Assembly (NCBI GenBank): GCA_964016885.1
Contig: OZ024741.1
Location: forward strand, 4,092,001 to 4,156,000
DNA from: Eledone cirrhosa
Taxonomy: Eukaryota
Direction of reading: 5' to 3'
DNA: 64,000 bases
The first letter of the stretch is position 1; each line of letters opens with the position of its first letter. The notes beneath the pieces are model-generated. The model had not been told where the DNA came from and searched no databases. It saw only the letters and a list, made by a program, of their open reading frames with translations. Of this stretch, positions 40,044-51,323 are shown piece after piece. A program made the translations under genes and the position numbers.

Positions 40044-40216
40044 TCAAATTCTTGTGTAGTTGTGGCTACATCTAGTGGTCGGTCAACGGGTGAAGACAAT
40101 TCTTCCTCTCTCTGACCTCTGCCTTTGGCATCTGCTGCTGTGACAGTGGCAGGGGGAAGCTGTGAGTATGACTTCCCCTTTCCTTCATTGATTGATGGTG
40201 AAGATGCTTCAGCCAT
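38358..40216 (-). CDS. Tx1 ORF1p (CCHC zinc knuckle), one frameshift near the G-run ~38557-38562
   Basis: MAEASS..., Asn-rich N-terminus, CYLCGNRGHLRAAC. The C-terminus homologous to ..MEVVRPEPREAER ends ..SRDAER* at 38358 in the shifted frame. Confidence 0.85.
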
Positions 40217-40463
40217 TTTTCTCAAAATAGGGTTTTTCGAAGTTTTTCGAAAGATAAAATGTTCACAATACTATTTCGCCCAAAGGCGCAGAATATTTTG
40301 AGAGACCGACCAGATCAAAGTTTGACCTGGCAGTCCCTCTACAAAATGGTACAAAAATGAAAGTTTACAGTTTACAATTTCCGTATGAATTTAAACAAAA
40401 ACTTACCGAGCGAGCTCAGCACATGTGTCCATCGTAGAGAGAGAGAGAGATAGATAGATAGAT

Positions 40464-41437
40464 ATGTTTCTTTTATTTGCCACTAGGGCATCAAAAGTGG
40501 GACAAGTACAAAGGGGGGAGTTTACACAAAAAGGCGTCCTCAATAAGGAGGAGGCAATAACAAAATATAAAAATAAAATAAGATATAACAAAAAATAAAA
40601 TTTTTAACAAAATCCTCAATAGAGAGGAGGCGCCTTGGGGGGTCGCACACACCCCCGAAAAAAGTGTGCAACCCTTCTCCTCAGGAGCACAGAGAAGGGG
40701 TGCTCCCTTGGTCTTTCATCTTCCTCACCTATAGTCTGATGTAGAGTGAAGGCCCATTCACACGGGCCATTCTCGCCACTTTCACCCATCTTTCATAGAA
40801 ACGGCTGGGGTGCAGCACCTCTCTCTCCATCCTGATCCTTCTTCCGAAATGATATCGGAAGAAACGGACCAGTTGTTGGCCAGAGAGAAAGGTGCCTGAC
40901 CTCAGTCCTTTCAGACGCGTCCACCATACAACCTCTTTCGCCATGGCTATTACGCACAGAAACACCGCCTCTGCTTCATCTTTGAAGGGGGGAGGCGGCT
41001 TGATCATTACAATAGACTCGGTGGTCAACCGGATCGGTCCCACCCTTGACAGCAGTTGTTCGACATAGCCCCACAGATCGGCTGCGCCCGAGCAGTGTAC
41101 CAATGCGTGTGCAACGGTTTCCTCGTCGCACACGCATCTGGGACAGATCTTTTTGGCGGGGTCCCTACCCGGGCGCCCGTGTCTGTAGAGCCTTTCTCGA
41201 ACGGGTAAAGCCCCTCGGTAGCACTGCCAGGCCAGGGACTTCTGGAAGTTGTCCATAGGTCCCGGGCTGAATGTCCTACCGAACAGGCTGGCCAGTTCGT
41301 CCTCCTCCATGTCTAGGGCTTCTCCGAGGGCGTCGTCGCACCTGCTGCGTACCAGCCCTCTATAGAATGTTGCGGTGGAGTCTCCACTGATAACCGGATC
41401 CGCCTGCCAGAGGGCGGTGAGCGCCTGGGCACACTCA
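40464..41437 (-). mobile_element. Tx1 3' fragment (subfamily A)
   Basis: ORF2 C-terminus 40729-41437, near-identical to 34902-35610. (GATA)n flanks. Confidence 0.9.
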
Positions 41438-41456
41438 GATAGATAGATAGATAGAT

Positions 41457-44400
41457 ATGTTTCTTTATTAGCCACAGGGGCACAAAGGAAGGGGACAAAT
41501 ACTAAGGAGGAAGTTTACATACAATAAAAACGTGTAAAATGTTATCACAAATGCAATTTAAAAAATGAGTCGATTTTCCCCAATAGGGGGAAACAGTTCA
41601 TATGGGTAACACATACCCCCGAAAAAATGTGCAACCCTCATCTCCAGGAGTACGAAGAGTTTGTACTCCTTTCCTCTCCTCCTCCTTTTCCTCAACCTAC
41701 AGGCTGATATAGAGAGAAGGCCCATTCACTCGGGCCATTCTCGCCACTTTCACCCACCTTTCATAAAACTTGCTGGGGTACAGCACCTCTCTATCCATCC
41801 TGATTCTTCTTCGAAAGTGGTATTTGAAAAAAAAGAATCAGTTGTTGGCCGGAGAGAAAGGTGTCTGACCTCAGCCCTTTCAACCTTGTCCAACATACAA
41901 CCTCTTTCGCCATAGCTATCACACAAAGGAAAATCGCCTCTCCTTCGTTTTTGAAGGGGGTGGCGGTTTGATCATGACAATGGACTTGGTGGTCAACCGG
42001 ATTGGTCCCACCCGCGACAATAGTCGTTCTACATAGCCCCACAGGTCGGTGACGCCCGGGCAGTGTATGAATGCGTGCGCGACGGTTTCTTCGTCTCGCA
42101 CGCACCTCGGACAGATCTTTTTTGCAGGGTCCCTGCCCGGGCGCCCATGTCTGTAGAGCTTGTCTCGAACTGGTAGAGCTCCTCGGTAGCACTGCCAGGC
42201 CAGGGACTTTTGGAAGTTGTCCATCGGTCCCGGGCGGAAGGTCCTACCGAACAGACTGGCCAGTTCATCTTACTCTACGCCTAGAGTTTCACCGAGCGCG
42301 CCGTCGCACTTGCTGCGAACTAACCCTCTATAGAATGACGAAGTGGAGTCTCCACTGATCGTCGGGTCCGCCTGCCAGAGGGCTGTGAGCGCCTGAGCAC
42401 ATTCGATGTGCCAGTCGCCCATTTTCCTCGGTCTTTGCTTGACCCAGGACTGCAGCTCGGTCAGCGAGACGAGTCGTGGGAAGGCTCGCCTCACGAACGG
42501 GGCCCACACCGGTTGTCCGGTGAGGAATACGTAGAGATGCCGCAGCCTGAGCGCGTGTTTGCGCATCGTCAACCACGGCATCCCCAGCCCTCCGTTAGAA
42601 GAGTGTTGGCAGCAGATGGATCTTCTCACCAAAGGAGCCCGCCTCTTCCAAAGGAATTGGAAGAGTGCGCGCTCCATTTTGGCGAGCGTTTTGGCTGGAC
42701 AAGGCACGACGGTCAAGCGGTAGTAGATAGCGGACGCTATAAAAGTGTTCGCCACCTCCGCTCGACCTTTCAAGGATAGTTTGCACTCGGCCCACTTCTG
42801 GGTGAGTGCAAACACCTTGGCCGTCACTTCGTTACAGTTCTTCTCCACCTGGAGGTCCGGACCAAACCAGACCCCGAGCAGCTTTACCGGTCCTTCCGTC
42901 AAACGTCCGACGACGCCATCGGAAGGCATCGGTTTGCCTCTCCACGATCCGAGTTGCAAACCGATAGACTTGTCCCAGTTCAGCTTCGCTCCTGTGAACC
43001 TTTGTATTCCTTTAGTAAGGTGCCAACTTCCTCGATTTGCGAGGTGCTCGACACCATTACTGTCACGTCGTCGGCGTAGGCCGACGCCGCTTTCCGCAGT
43101 CCCGGTTCCAGAGGGATGCCCTGCAATAGCTCCAACTTCCGCAGTAGTGGCTAAAGAGTCAGTACGTACAGAAGGGAGGAGAGAGGGCATCCATGTCGAA
43201 TGGATCGCGTAATATGGAACGGCTCCGAGAGGTAGCCGTTCACCTTGACCCTTGAGCAGATGTTGCTGTTGCGCATTACAGCAATCCAGCCCCTGAACAC
43301 GGGCCGAAGCCTGCTGCCTCGAGCACCGCATCCAGGTAACGATGGTCAACCCTATCGAAAGCCTTAGACTGATCCAAGTTGATCAGGGCCCCACCGAAGC
43401 CGGGTTTACACCCTACCCTCTCTATGATGTATCGCATGAGGTGGAGGTTGTCGTGTATGGACCTGGTCGGGATTGCGCATGTCTGCGCTTCTCCCACCAA
43501 GTTCTCGATGACAAGCGCCAGCCTCTTTGCCAACACCTTGACCAAAATCTGTAACTCTGTGTTTAGCAGAGTTATGGGCCGGAAGTTGCCTATATCATCC
43601 CCCTTATTCTCGTCCTTCCTGACTAGTGTGACTACACCCCCGGTTACAGAACTGGGAATTCTCCAGTTCTGTTGCCAGTTGCAGTAGACCGCTTCCAGGA
43701 GACCGGAGAATAAGTCCGGCATTGCTACGTAAAATTCGTAGGGTAGACCGTCGAGACCTGGAGATTTGCGTTTGCCGCATTGGCTCAGCGCGTCCCCTAT
43801 CTCAGCGGCTGAAATCGGCTTTTCGCAGAACTTTGCCTCGCTGTCCGAGAGTCGCGGTAGGCCGTCGAGGTATAGACCGAAATCCATAGCTCCTCCGGGC
43901 GCGCCGCCCCACCCGAACAGTTGAGCAAAGTGCCGCTGAAAGGCCGCACACATCTGCTTCGGCTCACGTATCACGCGTCCGTTTTGGTCCTTCAAAGACC
44001 GAATCGTGGACTTGTTGCCACTTTTTGCCTCCGTCACTCGGGCCCAGCTAACAGCTTTGGCTCCCTCGTTTCCCAGAGCACGTATTTTGCTTCTGACAAC
44101 GCAGCCCTCGTGCTTTGCGTCGAAGAACTGGTCCAAGGCCGTTCTCGTTGCTAGCACGCTGGCTACGTTGCCACTTCTAAGTGCCTCTTCTACTTTATCT
44201 ACCAGTTCCTTCTCGGTTCTATTTCTATCTAACGCTAATTCTTTACTAAAAACTAACGAGTCTAATCTAACTGCCCTCTTGAGAGAGTACCACCATCTGT
44301 TGTTGACAATGGCCCCTGTCAAGTGCTGTTTAACTAAAGTGCTAATCCGTCTACTGTAGGCTTTGCTTGTCGGTAACAACAAGTTCAGCTTCCAGTAGCC

Positions 44401-45426
44401 GGGTCCTTGTCTATGGGTTCTATCAAGGTTGGCCATGCAGGTCACTAGTTTGTGATCTGAATAGGCAACCATGAACATTTGTGGACATCTTAACATGTCC
44501 CTATCCTTATTTCTAACTAGAACCCTATCTAGGTACGATCTAGATGTTCCGCTGCGATTAGTCCACGTCCACAGTGGCACAGTCGGAAAATCTAGTCGAT
44601 ATCTATCGGCCAGGTCAAATCGGTCGATTAACTGTTTGAGGCTGTTACACCCCCCTTTATCGGGACATGCTCCCACATAGTCCCAACGTGCATCTAGGAT
44701 TCCATTCCAGTCCCCCACTAAAAGCAAGGAGCGGGACGTTCCCAGAAAAGTCTCTAGACGTTTGAAGAAGTCTGGCCGCGATGTCCCGGATGGGGTATAT
44801 GCGGCCACCAGCATGAAGGCTCCACCTTCACTACCGTCAACGTCTAGGACCACCAGTCGACCCTCCGGGTCCAGATGTACCGTCTGTGTTACGAGGCCCA
44901 GGTGTTTCCGCAGCAAAACGGCAACTCTGCCCCACCCCTCGGTTGACAGAGATGCATAGATCTCAAAGTCATCGAAGATGGGGGCCAGCTGTCGCTCGTT
45001 GTGGATCCTGGACTCGCAAATGGCTACCACATCCATACTGTGCGACCTGTGGTCGTTTAAGAGTTTGCCGTTTCCAGGGCATCCCCAGGCCGCGTACGTT
45101 CACACATCCAACTCTTATATTGGCCATGTTGGTGCTGAAAAGTTAAAAGAGGAAAAGAGATCACTCAACCTTCGTCTCCTGGGGACCAGGCTGCACGATT
45201 TCCATGGGGGTGTTGGAGGGGTTGTCTGGGTGGGTGGTGGTTTCCGGCGGGGTGGGGACGGAGATGTTTGGTGGGGTGGGGTCTGGTGAGATGGGGGTGT
45301 CTGGGGTGGGGAGACATTTGAGAAGGACGCGGTTAAGTGGTTTCACGCAGGAATGCCCCACATCCTTTTCAAATGTTTCTTTTAGGGACCTATAAGTTTG
45401 TATAGGGACCCTAATCAGTTTTAGGT
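41457..45426 (-). mobile_element. Tx1 (subfamily B) with complete but frameshifted ORF2 and ORF1 3' end
   Basis: ORF2 ATG at 45127, pieces 43276-45036, 42270-43349 and 41919-42224. ORF1 end 45161-45426. Confidence 0.9.
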
Positions 45427-47224
45427 TCAGTTTTCTCGGTCTTTATTGACCCAGGATTGCAGCTCGGTGAGTGAGACGAGTCTGGGAAAAGCTCGCCTCA
45501 CAAACGGGGCCCACACCGGTTGACCGGTGAGGAATACCTGGAGGTGCCGTAGCCTTAATGCGTGTTTACGTATCATTAGCCACGGCATCCCCAGCCCTCC
45601 TTTCGAAGGGTGTTGACAGCAGATGGATCTCCTCACCATAGGAGCCCGCTTCTTCCAAAGGAATTGGAAGAGTGCGCGCTCGATTTTGGCGAGCGTTTCC
45701 CTTGGGCAAGGCACAACGGTCAGGCGGTAGTAGATGACGGACGCTATATAAGTGTTCGCCACCTCCGCCCGACCTTTCAGGGACAGTTTGCACTCAGCCC
45801 ACTTCTGGGTCAGTGCAAACACCCTGTTCGTTACCTCACCCCAGTTCTTCTCCACCTAGAGGTGTGGTCTGAACCAGACCCCGAGCAACTTCACCGGGCC
45901 CTCCGTCCAGCGCCCGACGACGCCATCGGAGGGCATCGATCTGCCCCTCCACGTGCCGAGTTGCAGACCGATCGACTTGTCCCGGTTCAGCTTAGCTCCT
46001 GTAAACCTTTCGTACTCCTCCAGTAAGGTGCCAATCGCCCCGATTTCCGAGGCCGTCGACACCATTACTGTTACGTCGTCGGCGTAGGCCGACACCGCTT
46101 TCCGCAATCCCGGTTCCAACGGGATGCCCTGCAACAACTCCAACTTCCGCAGCAGTGGCTCTAGAGTCATTACATACAGAAGGGAGGAGAGAGGGCACTC
46201 CTGTCGGATGGACCGCGCGATTTCGAACGGCTCCGAGAGGTAGCCGTTCACCTTGACCCTAGAGCAGATGCGGCTGCTGTGCACGGCATTGATCCAGCCT
46301 CTGAAAACGGGTCCGAAGCCTGCCGCCGCTAGCACCGCATCCAGGTAACCATGGTCGACCCTATCGAAAGCCTTAGATTGATCCAAGTTGATCAGGGCCC
46401 CACCAAAGCCGGGTTCGTTCCCAACCCTCTCTATGATGTATCGCATGAGGTGGAGGTTGTCGTGGATGGACCTGGACGGGATAGCACATGTCTGAGCATC
46501 TCCCACTAGGTTGCCCACGACAAGCGCCAACCTCTTTGCTAGCACCTTGGCCAAAATCTGTAACTCTGTATTTAGAAGAGTTATGGGCCTGAAATTATTT
46601 ATATCGTCCTTCCTCACTAGCGTGACTACGCCCTTGGTCACAGCACAGGGAATTCTCCCGTTCTGTTGCCAGTTGCAGTAGACCGCCTCGAGGAGAGCGG
46701 GGAACAAGTCCGGCATAGCTAGATATAGTTCGTATGGAAGACCATCGAGACCCGGGGATTTGCGTTTGCCGCATTGGCTCAGCACGTCCTCTATCTCAGC
46801 GGCTGAAATCGGCTCCTCGCAGGACTTCGCCTCCCTGTCCGAGAGAAGCGGCAGGCCGTCGAGGTATGGACCGAAGTCCACATCCCCAACCGGCTCCCCG
46901 CCCTTTCCGAACAATCCGGCAAAGTGCTTTTGAAAAGCCTCGCACATCTGCTTAGGTTCAAGGATCACCCGTCCATCCAGGTCTCGCAAAGACCGGATGG
47001 TGGATTTAGTTCCACTGTTGGCCTCTGTCACGCGGGCCCAGCCAACAGCTTTGGCCCCCTCGTTCCCTAGAGCACGTATTTTACTTCGGACAACGCAGCC
47101 TTCGTGTTTCGCGTCGAAGAACTGGCCCAGGGCAGTTCTCGACGCTGGCACTCTGGCCACGTCGCCGCTTCTAATTGCCTCTTCTACACTATCTACCAAC
47201 TCCCTTTCCTTCCTATTTCTATCT
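45427..47224 (-). mobile_element. Internal Tx1 ORF2 fragment (subfamily A), truncated at both ends
   Basis: RT ORFs 45856-47199 and 45427-45855. Joined to the previous element without a UTR or GATA spacer. Confidence 0.88.
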
Positions 47225-47227
47225 GGT

Positions 47228-47280
<53 letters not shown>

Positions 47281-47282
<2 letters not shown>

Positions 47283-47713
47283 TGTTTCTTTATTAGCCAC
47301 AGGGGCACAAAAGAAGGGGACAAATACAAAGGGGGAAGTTTACATACAATAAAAACGTGTAAAATATTATCACAAATGTAATTTAAAAATTAGTCGATTT
47401 TCCCCAATAGCGGGAGACATTTCATAGGGGTAACACATACCCCCGAAAAAAAATGTGCAACCCTCATCTCCAGGAGTACGAAGAGTTTGTACTCCTCTTT
47501 TTCCTTAACCTACAGGCTGATATAGAGAGAAGGCCCATTCACTCGGGCCATTCTCGCCACTTTCACCCACCTTTTATAAAACTTGCTGGGGTACAGCACC
47601 TCTCTCTCCATCCTGGGGTACAGCACCTCCCTCTCCATCCTGGGGTACAGCACCTCCCTCTCCATCCTGACTCTTCTTCCAAAGTGGTATTTGAAAAAAA
47701 GAATCAGTTGTTG
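47281..47713 (-). mobile_element. Tx1 3' fragment (subfamily B) with a 27-bp triplication
   Basis: RMEREVLYP x3 at ~47587-47667. (GA)n-GAT on the left, GATAGATAG on the right. Confidence 0.88.
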
Positions 47714-48014
47714 ATAGATAGAAAAAAAGAGAAAGTAAATGAACAAGAAATTCTCGGAAATAAAATGAAAATGTCACACTGATAGTGAAAGGGGATGTGA
47801 AGTTACTGAAAGTGAATGTTGTTCTCATTTCTTGGAAATTGAAGTAAAACAATTTATATTATAACAACTGTACAGCCCTATCTGTCCATCTGTCACAAGG
47901 AACACTAAACAAACGTCCTAACATTTATTTGGAATTCACAGACCACAAATGTTAAACAATAATTGAGGAGATGGCAAATGTTTTAAATGTTTTAAAGTGG
48001 TTCACTTCATGAAG

Positions 48015-48091
<77 letters not shown>

Positions 48092-48414
48092 CTATCTGTC
48101 TGCCTATCTATCTGAGAGTGTCTTATCCCTTCCCCACTCCCCCTCTCGCCCCAGCATGGCCTCAGCCAGATAGCTGGAACAGATAAAAGAGATATAAAAT
48201 TAAAAAACAAACGATTGACATATATATATATATCAAACATTAACAGGAGATAATTTCTAAAGAATGTAAGAACATATAATTACAAAAGGCAGCAAATTTA
48301 AATTTAACAAAAATTTCATATATATCGACAGTCGAACAACTTTCGTCAAATTGGACCGAAGAAACAATGCTTCCATTGGTCTTTCCAATTGCTAATATCA
48401 GTCATAACTCCTGG

Positions 48415-48540
48415 TAGAAGGAGCAACATGAAATAAAGTGTCTTGCTCAAGGACATAACACATCACTTGGTCCAGGAATCGCACTCACCACCTCAAATTG
48501 CGAATCCAATTCTTTAACCACTCAGCCACACGCCTTCACA
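48415..48540 (-). mobile_element. tRNA-derived SINE 5' part (CORE/V-like domain)
   Basis: Minus strand GGCGTGTGGCTGAGTGGTT (A box), degenerate B box, GTCCTTGAGCAAGACACTT. Confidence 0.65.
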
Positions 48541-48571
48541 TATATATATATATTTGAAATATATATATATA

Positions 48572-50125
48572 CTAGCATTAAAGCCCGGCGTTGCTCGGGG
48601 TCAGTAAGTTACCAAAATTAGGTTGCACCACCCATTTTATGGCAGCACTTTTTTGTCTGCCAGGCACTGGTTGAATGAATTGCAAACCTGCACTGCCGCA
48701 GCAGGAGCTGCGCCAGCAGTGACAATTGTAGTTTCGCCTATTGATATTATCTCTGTGCAAAGAAGTGTTCAAATTTATTGTTTCACAGTACTTGCGCAAC
48801 ACGCGCGTAGACAATGCCATCCGAACAACAGAGCTGCAATGGAGTTGTTCTGCATGACATGTTTTAACGGGGGAGGGAGTGGATTGAGGGAACCGCAAAC
48901 AGGGGCCTGAAAACATTGTCGAATTATGACAACCAAAAAAGAGGAAGAGGGGTCATTGTATGGTTGGTGCATCATGTACGTCGGACGTAGAAGATGAGCC
49001 TGCTGCTGTGACGACGGAGGGAGGGAAATAGAGCTGAGCGGAGGCCAAGTGTTGGTGAAGTGTGAAGTAATTGCAGGGAACCGCCTAAAAATGTAAATCC
49101 CGTCATTAAAGCATTGTTGACCCTTTGAGAGTCGTACGGAGGTGAAATACTAACCCGTCTACGGTCCTCCAAGGCCCACCAAACGGGGGTTGGTGAGGAG
49201 CAACAGCTGATATTTGAGTAGGGTCGGAGTTGCAATGAAGCTTTGTAACGCCGAGAGAATCAGCCTTTGTACGGCAGATGGTGGGGGGAGGGGGGAGGCA
49301 GTGCACTGCAGTGAAGGTTAACCTACTTAGAAAGTACTCATGAAAAGGTAAAAAATAAAAAAATAAAAAAGTTATAAAATTAGGAATCGAGGTAATCCTA
49401 TAAAACCTCCTTGTACACAATGTTTTTTGTTTTTCCTTGCGGAACGAACGCGAAATCATCACTCTTGCTGCCGACACGCGAGCAGCCAAAGTAAAGCTGA
49501 CCATGAGAGAAACACGGCTTCCCCAAATGTATTCCCGCGACAGACAGTGTTTGTCCCTGCGCTTTGTTAATTGACATTGCGAAGCATGGCCTGACCGGGA
49601 ACTGGGACCTCCGAAATGTGAATAGTAGGTCTGCTCCTGATGGGAAAAGATGCATCCTCGGTATGAGCACAACCTTGCCCCGACCGCACCCTGTGATTAT
49701 CGTGGCCTCAATAAGATTGGGAGCTAAGGACTTAACGACCAAACGTGTGCCATTGCATTGTTTCGGCGGAACCAAATTTCGAATGAGCATTATAGGGGCA
49801 CCAACTTTAAGTTTCAAAATGTGTGGGGGTAATCCGGGGGCTCAAAGGAATTTAGTACCTCTATTGGATAGTTGATGACGTCCTCGGGGTCAGGAGTTTT
49901 ATCGATAGACTTATATACGTAGCCATCCCCGGGAATGAGTTTTAGCATTTGATCATTAATATGGTTAACAGTTTTATTCCTCGGGGCAACAATAGCCCTT
50001 TGTGCAATTCAATCCATATTCTGATAATTTGCTTGGAGATCTGGGAACACTGAATCCCTGAGATCAGAAGGCGTACTAACAACGGTACAAAGTGAGTCGA
50101 TGGCAATATTACCCTTTTCATCCCC
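48572..50125 (-). mobile_element. Helitron 3' portion
   Basis: Minus strand hairpin CCCGAGCAACGCCGGG, then 8 nt, then CTAG|T terminus into (TA)n. PIF1 helicase lies upstream. Confidence 0.88.
49398..50125 (-). pseudogene. Helitron RepHel PIF1 helicase C-terminus (frameshift near 49855)
   Basis: RAIVAPRN..., [72 protein letters not shown]. Confidence 0.9.
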
Positions 50126-50178
50126 GTAAGAACTAGTAACCTACTGTAGGACTATCAGAGATAGTTACTGTGATGTAG
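50126..50178. repeat. Isolated monomer of the 49-bp satellite at the Helitron truncation point
   Basis: GTAAGAACTAGTAACCTACTGTAGGACTATCAGAGATAGTTACTGTGATGTAG. Confidence 0.9.
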
Positions 50179-51323
50179 CAGGAGTTGCCTCCCTTATTGT
50201 CACACTCACATCACCAATGGAGTAACGCTCTTTACTGTATATATATATGTTTCTCGTATCTTAAAACGAACACTTTAAAAACAAACAAAAAAAAAAGAAA
50301 TTTGATTTTTTTTTTAAAATATTTCAACAGGAACATTTATTTTCGATGAACCTCAACCATTGCTTTTTTTTTTTTTTCATCGTTTTCTTCATCGTTCACA
50401 AAAGAAAAATTGAACTCGCCATATTCGTTATACTAAGTGAAGCCTTTCTTTCTTTTTCATCATTGTCACTTTCACACACACATTTTTTCCAAAATGGCTG
50501 CCAACGATCAGTTGCACTATCATTTTCGCGCCATTTTCTCGCGCATTAGAAATATTATTTTTTCAACTTAATCTTGTATTGGCACGTGTAGGCTGCACGA
50601 TTCTCGATTCACTGAGATAGCCACACGCCAGAGATAACGTTTCTCGCCAAGGATTCTCCAGCCTTAAGCTATATTCTCCTATTTGCCGGTTTAAAAATTT
50701 ACCACGTAAATTTGCCGTTGAAAACTGCGCATTTATTCAGAATGCTTATTTCTTTGGTCGCTGGCCTCTTGACCCTTCCAGGTCAACGCATTCTCTACAT
50801 CGACCATCAACTTCGGCTGTTATTTCTAGCACTTTGCGCAACTCATTTTTTCTGAAAAATTTTTGTTTTTACTGTGAATTTAAACACCGAATACGCTCAC
50901 TCCGCGCGACAACAACATCAACAGCAACACAGCTTCATCAACAACCAAAACCAGCAGAACAAACCAGAGAATTTGTTTTTGCAGCACTCTTCCTGTGAGA
51001 AAATCCATTCGGAGGTTGGATATTTCACGATATACCACAGAACAGAAACCACCTGCATTCATTCTCTGGAACACACTTTCTTTCCTGCTGTCATGTGATT
51101 GCACACCTGTGAACTATATTTTGTACATTTGAACTTTGAGACGTCTTCTGCCGGCCACGTTCGTCTGGCAATAAAACGGTAACTAATAATTTTGCTTCAT
51201 TCTTTCATCTATTTCTTTGACATGTCAACTATACTATTCTATATATGCACAAATTGTTGATTAAATATTATACACACAAACCTAATCGTCTTTGTTACAT
51301 TCATACACACCAGTACACCACTA

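Larger units (their letters stand above)
34664..40434 (-). mobile_element. Full-length Tx1-clade LINE (subfamily A body, B-type 3' tip), near intact
   Basis: 5' UTR, ORF1, uninterrupted ORF2 and 3' UTR. (GATA)n and (GA)n-(GATA)n flanks. Confidence 0.95.

Noticed and set aside
27515-47296. Many 60-160 aa plus-strand and alternate-frame ORFs over Tx1
   Set aside because: Antisense or shadow frames of GC-rich ORF2. They recur only because the element is repeated.
49398-49817. Host PIF1 gene
   Set aside because: Intronless, truncated and followed by a Helitron hairpin-CTAG terminus.
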